A DNA stretch of 64,000 bases from a bacterium. GTDB taxonomy: Bacteria > Omnitrophota > Gorgyraeia > Zapsychrales > Zapsychraceae. The stretch's first letter is position 1, and each line of letters opens with the position of its first letter. Below are positions 1 to 8,164 of this stretch, piece after piece. Location of the stretch: positions 32,916 through 96,915 of the forward strand of contig JAUIER010000012.1 in NCBI GenBank assembly GCA_030429765.1. Reading direction: 5' to 3'. Made by a program: the position numbers and the translations under genes. The notes beneath the pieces are model-generated. The model was not told where the DNA came from. It saw only the letters and a program-made list of their open reading frames with translations, and did not search any database.

Positions 1-3000
1 GAATTTCCAGATTGGCTGACCATTAGGAAATCTCAAACCACCACCAGCCGGCGTTGGACTTTCATCGTATCGTGTTACCCGAAACTTGACTATACCATCC
101 GTATTGAACAGCTCATAGCAACGCTTCAACCCCCCCTTTCGGGTATAGGTCTCCACCTTGGGCCACTTAGGATCGGGACCTCCACCAACTCCACAGGCAT
201 TGTTACACCTCTTGGGTATTCGTCCCTCGACCTTTACGATATGCCAATAGGCCTCTCCCGGAGCTGCCGGCCTGTTTTCAGGTGAATTATCCTCCTGCCA
301 CCCATAAACGATTTGATTGGGCCAATCATCTGGTGGCGCTGCGTCATAGGCTATCCGTTCGTCGATCAACGGAGGAACCGCGTTGGTCAGAAAATCCTCA
401 AATTCGACGATGGCTGTGGTGAGAATATTCCGGAAGTAGTTTAACTCAGTCATTCTCGAATCCAGATAATCCCGGCGCATAATAAATTTGTCGATCTGGT
501 TTTCCGCCTCTATAGCCGCCGTTCCCGTGGAGGCTAGCCATCCTCCCGGGTTAATGTCACAAATAGGATTGGCCTGCACCAGTGAATCTCGCACCAACGT
601 GCGCATTCCGCGAGCATCATTCAAATCATTACCGTTACAGTCAAATATGGCATTAAAGTTGGAAATAGTTCCGCTGTAGGCATAAGCGGCCCCACTAGAC
701 GATTGAGTTAACGGCATGGCGGATAACACCGGATTCCATGGTAATCCGGCCGCCATTCCACGGCAGGTTAAATCCGAGCAGGCGTGAACACATTGGAGCA
801 TAGCAGCCATATCCGGCTCATCCAGCGGATCGGCCTGCACGTAGGCATTTCGATCATATGGCGGATTCGTCACCAATGTTCGCGGCAAATTGGTACATTC
901 GGCCAATGAGCAGGTTAGTTTACAATCATTGTACTGTGCATCGTTGCCGTCAAATATGCTTGATGCATTCAGACAGGCTACATCGGGGACCCCCCCGTTA
1001 CAAGTGTAATCATATCCGTGTATCGCGTAGTTGAGGCAAGCCACAACATCCTCAATTTGTCCATCCGTGCCGTCACCATTAAAGTCAAAAGTCAATTCCT
1101 CATAGGCACTTACGTCCGGACATCCCCGTGGCGGTACACACCACGGCCCCGTCGCACAAGCACTTCCCTGAAAACTTTGGACGGCCAGTGCACTCAGCTC
1201 ATCCCGAATGTCCACCAAGGCCTGTAGCCACAAATACAACTGCCCGGCAAATGGTTGGCATTCATCCGGCGTTCCCGGATCATTATCCCAATCATAAGGG
1301 TAGCAATTACCAAAATTGCCCGTCCCTCCTGGACTGGCCGCATTGGCCAATCCCTGGCCCGGATCGATCCATCGCTGCCAATTCTCAAACCATGTCTCAA
1401 ATTGCGATGCCAACTGACCGCGACTGTATTGCAATAGCGAATCAGCTTCTCGCGTAAATGTGTGCGTGTTATATATCATCTCGTCAAGAATATCCTCAGG
1501 GAAATTAGCGGCCGCGGTATCAGCTGGGCTGGTTGACGTCGGGTCCTCGCACTCACATATGGATGGTTCAGGGGTTCCGGAGACATTCGTCGTACAGTTA
1601 CCGTTCAGGAATTTGGCACATTGCCCACTGTAAGGCCATGCGGAAGGACCATCTATATCACCATTGGAACAAAATTGATCAGACCCACGCTTCCAGAATG
1701 CCCCCCCGGCATATGGGTCCGGCGCACATGTATCAACCGGGATTTCAAACGAACCTGTTAACGCCAAGGTCACATCATCAACATACGTCTCTACACAGTA
1801 GGATGTGTCATACGTCATGGTTGACGGGTCATTCCGTAATACCAGCTGATTCATTTCATATGGAAGATTAGGCGAACACAATGTAGCAGCCCTTGAATCA
1901 CACCATTTACACCGCTGGTCAAATGGGTTATAGACAGGGTTACCGATGACAAGCGTGCCCACCGTGTCCAATGAGTCCAGATCGGTTCCCCAGTCATGGA
2001 TCTTCCACAAGAATGGGAACACACCTATACGGTTTTCCGGAGTTGATGGCGGAGGAGCCGTGTACCCCGAATAGAATCCGGTGGTGTCGTCGACATAGTA
2101 ACGAATTCCCTGCCACGGAGGAGCAAACTGCTGCGCCCAGTTAGGGTTGGAGGAATCCTTGAAGTATCGTTGATTCTCGTCATCCTTGCCTAGGAGTTCC
2201 CGGAAGGAGAAAAAGGTATTTTCAGAATTTTCGAAATTTTCGTCAAAAACCCACTGATAGAAAGTCCCCAATGATGGCTCTACAGCCCCATATGGACTAA
2301 GCAATTGACAGGTACTGGCCGTTCCGCACTCCAAGTTTGGCGGGAAGAGTGTTGGATCACAGTAATCAGGGTTGGGTACCGTGATCAACGGTCCAGACGG
2401 GTTTGTTGGATCTGGTATCTGAATCGTCGGAGGTTTACCTCGACAGTCACAACATCCTGGTCGAACCTGAATCTGTCCAAAGGAAGGGCCTCGAGGATCA
2501 GGTACCGTGTCTGGCAAACAACACAAATTACACTCGGATGGGACCGAAAAAGGAAACGGATCGGTTACAGGATTGCCGTAAGGAACGTTGATATCCACGT
2601 GGCAAGGATGCGATGGATCCAGCGGAATCGAAAACGAGTAGTTGATAGTGCTGGTTTGCAGACCCGGGACGAAAGTTCCTGGCATGGGGTCAATTAGCGC
2701 CCAAGCCGGCTGGCAGGTCGCAGAATCCAAATCACATTCAGAGGCCGGTCCACAGGTGGTTCCAAAACAATCTCCGTTGGGCCCCGGAATCTTGTAAATA
2801 AAATCTTGAAGATCAACCAAAAATTGCTCTGCCGCAGGCAGATAATTTACGGCTATCTGGTCCAGCAAGAGCGGATAATATTTGGCGTACCGGTTCATGG
2901 TATCAAGCGGTTCAGATGTCACCGGATGAAGACCAAAGATACCATCCATATCTGAATCGTACAAATCTGGAACCTGCTTGTTGTCATTGGCTGCCACTTG

Positions 3001-3486
3001 AATAGCCCCGCGCATGGCGTTGGCCATAAACTGATCCACCGTATCCAGTAAGTTGGCCTCCAGATTATTCCATGCGCTGGTGATTTGGGAGCCTATGGAC
3101 ATTTGGAGTACCACCCCGACACCGGCAACAGCCACCGTGGTTATCGCAGCTGTCGCCCCAATAGCACCAACCCCGTACGTTACAACAACCAGAATAACAA
3201 TTACAATAAACGATATCAGCGCCTTGAAGAATCCTGTGCTTTGGCATTTCTTGCGTTCCCCACCCAGCTGCTGCATAAGCAACGAGTGCCCGTAGCTGGC
3301 CATGGCCGAGGCCAATGATGCCGCCCCGGTATTAGCCCCTATCTCCGTGGAAACTTTGTTTTCAGAGATCCGCCCCAAATTTAGTGTTACAGCATAAAAT
3401 ATCAACGCAAATGCGACAACCAAAAGGATAACCAGTCCGGCCTGGCCTTCTTTTTTTCGCATCGATTTGTTCATAAATGACATCAT
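1..3486 (-). CDS. Large Cys-rich TadG-like minor pilin / putative pilus-tip adhesin, 3'-truncated by the window edge (>=1162 aa)
   Basis: Not in the ORF track. Manual translation gives an open frame from ATG 3486 (or 3474) to base 1. N-terminus MMSFMNKSMRKKEGQ-AGLVILLVVAFALIFYAVTLNLG...ANTGAASLASAMA has a basic leader, a GQ prepilin site, a TM helix and a TadG-like Ala-rich motif. Many Cys clusters and DxDxDG-like motifs follow. Confidence 0.8.
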   Translation of the reverse strand, partial: MMSFMNKSMRKKEGQAGLVILLVVAFALIFYAVTLNLGRISENKVSTEIGANTGAASLASAMASYGHSLLMQQLGGERKKCQSTGFFKALISFIVIVILVVVTYGVGAIGATAAITTVAVAGVGVVLQMSIGSQITSAWNNLEANLLDTVDQFMANAMRGAIQVAANDNKQVPDLYDSDMDGIFGLHPVTSEPLDTMNRYAKYYPLLLDQIAVNYLPAAEQFLVDLQDFIYKIPGPNGDCFGTTCGPASECDLDSATCQPAWALIDPMPGTFVPGLQTSTINYSFSIPLDPSHPCHVDINVPYGNPVTDPFPFSVPSECNLCCLPDTVPDPRGPSFGQIQVRPGCCDCRGKPPTIQIPDPTNPSGPLITVPNPDYCDPTLFPPNLECGTASTCQLLSPYGAVEPSLGTFYQWVFDENFENSENTFFSFRELLGKDDENQRYFKDSSNPNWAQQFAPPWQGIRYYVDDTTGFYSGYTAPPPSTPENRIGVFPFLWKIHDWGTDLDSLDTVGTLVIGNPVYNPFDQRCKWCDSRAATLCSPNLPYEMNQLVLRNDPSTMTYDTSYCVETYVDDVTLALTGSFEIPVDTCAPDPYAGGAFWKRGSDQFCSNGDIDGPSAWPYSGQCAKFLNGNCTTNVSGTPEPSICECEDPTSTSPADTAAANFPEDILDEMIYNTHTFTREADSLLQYSRGQLASQFETWFENWQRWIDPGQGLANAASPGGTGNFGNCYPYDWDNDPGTPDECQPFAGQLYLWLQALVDIRDELSALAVQSFQGSACATGPWCVPPRGCPDVSAYEELTFDFNGDGTDGQIEDVVACLNYAIHGYDYTCNGGVPDVACLNASSIFDGNDAQYNDCKLTCSLAECTNLPRTLVTNPPYDRNAYVQADPLDEPDMAAMLQCVHACSDLTCRGMAAGLPWNPVLSAMPLTQSSSGAAYAYSGTISNFNAIFDCNGNDLNDARGMRTLVRDSLVQANPICDINPGGWLASTGTAAIEAENQIDKFIMRRDYLDSRMTELNYFRNILTTAIVEFEDFLTNAVPPLIDERIAYDAAPPDDWPNQIVYGWQEDNSPENRPAAPGEAYWHIVKVEGRIPKRCNNACGVGGGPDPKWPKVETYTRKGGLKRCYELFNTDGIVKFRVTRYDESPTPAGGGLRFPNGQPIWKF

Positions 3487-3509
3487 ATAATTGATTGTCC
3501 CGGGGCTAA

Positions 3510-3791
3510 TTAGTTGTCCCAAATAGCATTCATCGCCGTCCCCGACGAGAAAAATGGAGAAATCTGTGCAATTTGCTGACTGTCAGATACATTGGTATAT
3601 GACCGGCTCAACGTTTGACCGGTCAATATTGTGTCATGCGCAATCCTACGATTTACGATCTCTTTTCCTGACCATTCAAAAATTTTGGTTATCGAATAAA
3701 TCATCAGAAACACGATGATCATACTGAAGGTAAACTCAATGATGACCTGACCCAAGCGTCGTTCTTCAGATGTCTTCTTTCTTCGAATCAT
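3510..3791 (-). CDS. TadE-like minor pilin
   Basis: Basic leader, then GQVIIEF and a hydrophobic helix; inside the pilin cluster. Confidence 0.75.
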   Translation of the reverse strand: MIRRKKTSEERRLGQVIIEFTFSMIIVFLMIYSITKIFEWSGKEIVNRRIAHDTILTGQTLSRSYTNVSDSQQIAQISPFFSSGTAMNAIWDN

Positions 3792-3830
3792 TATATCATA
3801 CTCCTAACCGAGGAAATTGCCTACCAAATT

Positions 3831-5246
3831 TTACGGATATAGATACTGAACAAATGGATCTCCGTCCGTCGGCGTTATCCATTTTCGGCCATGCTTATCT
3901 GTTATCCGGCTTCGGACCAAAATGTGAGGATCCTGCCCGCCCAAAGTAGGAATAACCATACAGATTCTTGTCGCATTGGCGCTGGTAAAACAACAGGCAT
4001 TATTCGGACAGCACACCTCCACAGGATTACGCACATCTGATGTCCACCCAGCCTGATTTCCTTCAATCGTGCCCGGTTGAACTACAGAACTTCCATCCCC
4101 CGCCGTACCGTTGCAAAATCTGCCCGTATCATTACTCAGTTGAACCGTCCTCTGGATCAAATCAAGTGAATCTTTACGCTGTGCAGAACGAACATATCGT
4201 CTGGAATCGCCAGCCACCTGATACAACTGCCCCTCATCGATTTGAAGATAAGTGCCCACACCGTCACCGGCAGGTGTCCAATCTTTCGTAAATGTAAACA
4301 TTTGGATGTCTTGTGTCGTGATGCCCGCTGTCGGACGCTGCGGAGCCGGATTGAGAGGATCCGGATCTGGAATTGTAAAGTCCATGTCCCCTTCCTGGAA
4401 ATCCACCACATTGGCTGTTATCGGAGTCCCCCTCAGATCATCCATTGGACGGCCGTTGATACCAACAATCCTTTCCTGGTGCAAATCTCCATCGACATCC
4501 ACAAATGTAAATTCACCGTTTTCACCATCTATCTGTGAAGGTGTCGCAGCAATCCACTGCCACCAAAAATCCTGGCAGATCGCATCCATAGCCGGATCCG
4601 ACGCCAGTCCGTCATCAAGAGCCCCGTTTCGATCCAAATCGAATCGGTAGTAGTTGTTACCGCCGATATTGTCCACACAATTGGACGCCGTACCTCCACA
4701 ATCGCACCATGGTAATGCCGGGTGGTTGTTTTCTTTCTGATATACCAGCCCCGTGGGGTTGGCCGGAGAATTAAATGCCTTTGTCGCCACATTGGCTGTA
4801 GTGAACACAAAGTGCACCCCGTTAATAAAGTAATCGATAACCGGCAAATTGGCAAATTCACCCGGATCAATCGGCATAAAAAGATTACGACTATGGGTTG
4901 CTCCCCCAATCGCTTGTTGGGGAACCCTGTCGATTGGTGCCTGCCTGGAAGATTCCACCGACAGCCTATCTTCAATTACCAAAACTGAGGCACTGTTGCG
5001 GGAGGCGGTGCCATCACGCCAGTTTCCCGGAACATTTTTCAAACCTTCCGTAAATTCAAATGACATGAGCATCGCCAAGCGGAATGCTTTATAGCGATGA
5101 TTTTGTGCATAACTAGTTGTCATGACAGATCTTACAATAAGTCCAATAACAAAAACCACAACCGATCCAAACACCGCTAGTTCCAGAGCAGTTTGCGCTG
5201 TTTTGGATCGCCCCGAAATGGCTTTTTTTGTACGGTTAATATTCAT
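3831..5246 (-). CDS. Large TadE-like minor pilin with an extracellular Cys/Asp-rich domain (471 aa)
   Basis: Leader AQTALEL plus TM helix; DLDRNG and DVDGD Ca-binding-like motifs; Cys clusters WCDC and CCPNNACC. Confidence 0.75.
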   Translation of the reverse strand: MNINRTKKAISGRSKTAQTALELAVFGSVVVFVIGLIVRSVMTTSYAQNHRYKAFRLAMLMSFEFTEGLKNVPGNWRDGTASRNSASVLVIEDRLSVESSRQAPIDRVPQQAIGGATHSRNLFMPIDPGEFANLPVIDYFINGVHFVFTTANVATKAFNSPANPTGLVYQKENNHPALPWCDCGGTASNCVDNIGGNNYYRFDLDRNGALDDGLASDPAMDAICQDFWWQWIAATPSQIDGENGEFTFVDVDGDLHQERIVGINGRPMDDLRGTPITANVVDFQEGDMDFTIPDPDPLNPAPQRPTAGITTQDIQMFTFTKDWTPAGDGVGTYLQIDEGQLYQVAGDSRRYVRSAQRKDSLDLIQRTVQLSNDTGRFCNGTAGDGSSVVQPGTIEGNQAGWTSDVRNPVEVCCPNNACCFTSANATRICMVIPTLGGQDPHILVRSRITDKHGRKWITPTDGDPFVQYLYP

Positions 5247-5249
5247 TTG

Positions 5250-5564
5250 CTAGTATGCTCCCACAGCCATAGAACCGGTTTTGGTTTCCAGTGAACGCGA
5301 GACATCATTACGCATTGTTTGCAGTCCAGACGGAGTCGATACAGACACCAGAGCCGTAACCGTATTCGTTTGAATAACATGACGTATACTTCCATTAGTC
5401 GTTCGAGGATCATACTGATCGCCTAATTGATCCACCGATTCTTTCCAACGTCCTTGCATGCCTCGCTTGAAGTAGTTTTGAGAGGCCACCAAGGCCCCTA
5501 TTACGATAATTAAAATCGTCGAGTATTCGATCGCTGATTGACCTTTGTTCTTTCTAATAATCAT
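5250..5564 (-). CDS. Flp/TadE-like pilin
   Basis: KNKGQSAIEY plus TM; KRGMQGRWKESVDQLGDQYDP motif shared with neighbours. Confidence 0.8.
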   Translation of the reverse strand: MIIRKNKGQSAIEYSTILIIVIGALVASQNYFKRGMQGRWKESVDQLGDQYDPRTTNGSIRHVIQTNTVTALVSVSTPSGLQTMRNDVSRSLETKTGSMAVGAY

Positions 5565-5591
5565 ATATTTATACCTCGACTTTATTCACCA

Positions 5592-5939
5592 TTAAACGTC
5601 TGGTTGGATCCCCAAATTAGTCAGGGTGTTAAGTTGGCCTGAAATCGCATCATCATAGACATAATTGATTATGCCGGCTACGTCTAATGTTTGCTTGTCT
5701 ACTCTGGCACTGGATATGCCATAAGATGCATTCAAATGCCCCTGGGTTATATCATTGAATCGCTGATCGGATTCGTTCTGCACGCCAATTTGATCGGCCA
5801 CAAATCTAATCCAACCTTGGGTGGAACGACGGATCATCGTTCCCATAACAGCCGTAATTGCCACAATAATCGTCAAAATCAGCGTATATTCGACCACCGT
5901 CTGGGCTCTGTGATTAGATTGTTTACTTTGCTTGAGCAT
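5592..5939 (-). CDS. Flp/TadE-like pilin
   Basis: HRAQTVVEY plus TM; RRSTQGWIRFVADQIGVQ motif. Confidence 0.8.
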   Translation of the reverse strand: MLKQSKQSNHRAQTVVEYTLILTIIVAITAVMGTMIRRSTQGWIRFVADQIGVQNESDQRFNDITQGHLNASYGISSARVDKQTLDVAGIINYVYDDAISGQLNTLTNLGIQPDV

Positions 5940-5944
5940 ATAAA

Positions 5945-6325
5945 TTAGTCCGCGTTTATGGCCGGAACTGTGAAACTGACAGAATTTGAAAATGTTGTTT
6001 GGTTGTAATCCTTGCGAAATATTCCAGAACTAAGTGGCAAGGAAGGTAATACGGCCGTCGTATCTGCAAATAAGGTCGTGGTATCTGTAACAGAATTTCG
6101 ATAGTATGGCTCATACTGTACGAAGACATCATTACCTCCGTAGATGTTTCCTACACGATTTCGAACGGTCGTGATAATGGAACTGTGGGCATCGCGAATT
6201 TTTGCCTGCACAGCCCGTCTAAAGTACATTGTCATTCCTGACAGCATGGCAACAACCACAAAAAAAACCAGAACATATTCTCCGGCGACCATTTGGGCTT
6301 TTTCATTTTCAAATCGTCTTAACAT
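5945..6325 (-). CDS. Flp/TadE-like pilin
   Basis: EKAQMVAGEY plus TM; RRAVQAKIR...QYEPYY motif. Confidence 0.8.
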   Translation of the reverse strand: MLRRFENEKAQMVAGEYVLVFFVVVAMLSGMTMYFRRAVQAKIRDAHSSIITTVRNRVGNIYGGNDVFVQYEPYYRNSVTDTTTLFADTTAVLPSLPLSSGIFRKDYNQTTFSNSVSFTVPAINAD

Positions 6326-6357
6326 TCTGGTCCTTTTTTAACACGGTAAGCTTCTCT

Positions 6358-6387
6358 ATTATACACGAATCTATGGATAAAGATCAA
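6358..6387 (-). promoter_or_regulatory. Putative sigma70 promoter for the downstream (minor) pilin cassette
   Basis: Minus strand TTGATC-N18-TATAAT, ~30 nt upstream of the 6325 start. Confidence 0.5.
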
Positions 6388-6423
6388 CTAAAAACACGTA
6401 TCACAAATTGTGAGCTACTTCAA

Positions 6424-6500
6424 CAAAATATGGCTTACCTGAGCAATTATATTCCTCAAGTAAGCCATATTTTGAACAAAACGACTAGCGAGTAGCCGTT
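6424..6500 (-). terminator. Tandem hairpins/terminator after the first four pilins
   Basis: 20-bp inverted repeat 6424-6474 (caaaatatggcttac.tgag / ctca.gtaagccatattttg, with a G-U pair on the minus strand) and hairpin aacggcta-ctcgc-tagtcgtt followed by TTGTT. Confidence 0.7.
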
Positions 6501-6509
6501 TAGACTGTA

Positions 6510-6839
6510 TTAGTTACCCCAGAATTCTGACGTGTTGTTCAGAATTGCAGAGTTCATTAGGTCATACGTTGTCTCTGCTTGAGTCAACTGAGATCGTGTA
6601 ACCCCAGAAGCAAAAGTATCACGAGACTGTCCGATGACAACCATTTTCTTGATTACGTTAGTGTTACCTTCGGAATACTGTTGTCCAATATCATCAGCCG
6701 CTTGCTTCAATCGTCCTTGAACACCACGTTTGATGTATACCTGGATCGATAAAAGGGCACCAATGATAATGATGATCAGAATCGCATATTCCAATGTACT
6801 CTGACCTTTTTTTCTTTTCTTGTTAAAGTACTTAAGCAT
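6510..6839 (-). CDS. Flp/TadE-like pilin
   Basis: KKGQSTLEY plus TM; KRGVQGRLKQAADDIGQQY; strong SD GGGAGG. Confidence 0.85.
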   Translation of the reverse strand: MLKYFNKKRKKGQSTLEYAILIIIIIGALLSIQVYIKRGVQGRLKQAADDIGQQYSEGNTNVIKKMVVIGQSRDTFASGVTRSQLTQAETTYDLMNSAILNNTSEFWGN

Positions 6840-6900
6840 TGATATATCCTCCCAAATTAATCCTCTAAGTTAATAGAGGGATTAAGTTATTATCTTCAGA

Positions 6901-7260
6901 TTACAGACCTTGAATAAGACCAAGCGCGGTGTTATATGATGATTCTTGGAAACCACCAACCCCTCTTGTTCTTGCGTTATCTGTTTGCTCAGCAACTGTC
7001 GTGTTATCCAATGTTTGGATTTGGTTAGTCGCTGTATCAATCAGATAATCAGTTTGTAGGTAATACGGCTCGTATTGTGCTGCTGTTCCCAAAGCGTTTG
7101 ATTGAGTAGTCATGTACTGCCCAGCTTCACGAACCCTGGCTTGTAGAGCACGTTGTGCATATGTCTGCATCGCAATAATACCGGCCACAACCAGTGAAAT
7201 CAGGATGGCATATTCTGCAGTATTTTGCGCCTTTTTATTTTTTATTAACTTTCTGAACAT
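6901..7260 (-). CDS. Flp/TadE-like pilin
   Basis: KKAQNTAEY plus TM; QRALQARVR...QYEPYY; SD AGGAGG. Confidence 0.85.
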   Translation of the reverse strand: MFRKLIKNKKAQNTAEYAILISLVVAGIIAMQTYAQRALQARVREAGQYMTTQSNALGTAAQYEPYYLQTDYLIDTATNQIQTLDNTTVAEQTDNARTRGVGGFQESSYNTALGLIQGL

Positions 7261-7311
7261 TTATTTGTCCTCCTAAGATTAAATTCATGTAAAGATTGAA
7301 TTTTTCAAACA

Positions 7312-7533
7312 TTAGTTAGAAGTAGGTCGTGAAGTGGCCAATCGGTTAGCCATATCAGTCATACCGTTTGTACCCGTCGTTAGTGTACTGTTGTACGCTG
7401 TACGGAAGATACCATTAGGTCCTAGGAAAACCAAAAGGGCTGCTAATACGGCCGCAACCAAAATGATATACTCAACGGTACTTTGACCTTTCTTTTTCTT
7501 TTTAGGATTATTATTTATATTCCTTTTAAGCAT
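7312..7533 (-). CDS. Flp-family pilin (73 aa)
   Basis: KKGQSTVEY plus TM; SD AAGGAGG. Confidence 0.85.
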   Translation of the reverse strand: MLKRNINNNPKKKKKGQSTVEYIILVAAVLAALLVFLGPNGIFRTAYNSTLTTGTNGMTDMANRLATSRPTSN

Positions 7534-7592
7534 TGTCTTCCTCCTTAAAAAAGTTCACTTTTAAGATAGCGCCCACAAAACTTCATCGTGGG

Positions 7593-7760
7593 TTACTGAT
7601 TTCTGGACTCTTGAAGAATTATTTGTTGTGTTGCTTGTACTGATCTAAATACATAGGTACTCATGGCAATTGCTCCTGCTGCCACAATGGCTGCGATTAA
7701 GGCATACTCTAGTATACTTTGACCTGTCGTGTTTCTGATTTTTTGTTTCTTTGACCTCAT
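7593..7760 (-). CDS. Flp-family pilin (55 aa, below ORF-track cutoff)
   Basis: MRSKKQKIRNTTGQSILEYALIAAIVAAGAIAMSTYVFRSVQATQQIILQESRNQ; SD AAGGTGG. Confidence 0.85.
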   Translation of the reverse strand: MRSKKQKIRNTTGQSILEYALIAAIVAAGAIAMSTYVFRSVQATQQIILQESRNQ

Positions 7761-7794
7761 CGTAACCACCTTATGTATTTCACAAATAATGCCT

Positions 7795-7934
7795 GCTCTC
7801 GATGTGATGTTGCTTACATCAGAATCCTGAGAGCTCTATTGCTGAAGGGGTCGACTGTCCAGCCGGCCTTCAACACTTCGAAACATCCTGACTGATTCAG
7901 AACGAACCGAAGGGTAAAAGCACTCGAAAGTGCT
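7795..7934 (-). ncRNA. Candidate structured leader RNA (four abutting hairpins) upstream of the pilin operon
   Basis: Hairpins at 7919-7934 (UUCG loop), 7876-7912, 7840-7875 and 7795-7834; the 7876-7912 and 7840-7875 stems need G-U pairs that exist only on the minus strand. Confidence 0.55.
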
Positions 7935-7950
7935 ATTAACTCATTCCAAT

Positions 7951-7977
7951 AAAAAACCCCTACAGTTATGTAGAGGT
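7951..7977 (-). terminator. Intrinsic terminator within the pilin leader
   Basis: ACCTCTACA-TAAC-TGTAGGGGT followed by TTTTT on the minus strand. Confidence 0.7.
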
Positions 7978-7984
7978 AATCGGG

Positions 7985-8053
7985 TTATGGCTGTTTCAAT
8001 GAACGCAGACAGCATCTATACGAAATTTTCGTTTTGATCTCAAAAGTATTCAT
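7985..8053 (-). CDS. Putative 22-aa leader peptide / small ORF
   Basis: SD AGGAG 5 nt before ATG; MNTFEIKTKISYRCCLRSLKQP*; lies between the promoter and the terminator. Confidence 0.4.
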   Translation of the reverse strand: MNTFEIKTKISYRCCLRSLKQP

Positions 8054-8111
8054 TTTTTCTCCTAGGAATGAAATCGTCATATCTGTATAAATGGCTGTTT
8101 AATGTGATAAA

Positions 8112-8139
8112 AGTATATCATATATCGAGTAATTGTCAA
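8112..8139 (-). promoter_or_regulatory. Strong sigma70 promoter heading the pilin leader
   Basis: TTGACA-N16-TATACT with an extended -10 TG. Confidence 0.7.
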
Positions 8140-8164
8140 GGATCATGCAATGGTTGCCCTTCCC

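Noticed and set aside
488-3318. Numerous short ORFs in the track within 1-3.4 kb
   Set aside because: They are shadows of the long minus-strand frame 1-3486, which the track missed because its stop is outside the window
7919-7936. CIRCE-like TAGCACT...AGTGCT
   Set aside because: Lacks the 9-nt spacer and full TTAGCACTC arms; better explained as a UUCG-capped RNA hairpin
7795-8100. Known c-di-GMP riboswitch or ANTAR target in the pilin leader
   Set aside because: No GGCAAA/GNRA-receptor class I pattern, no class II pattern, and no twin A1/G4 hexaloop hairpins recognised
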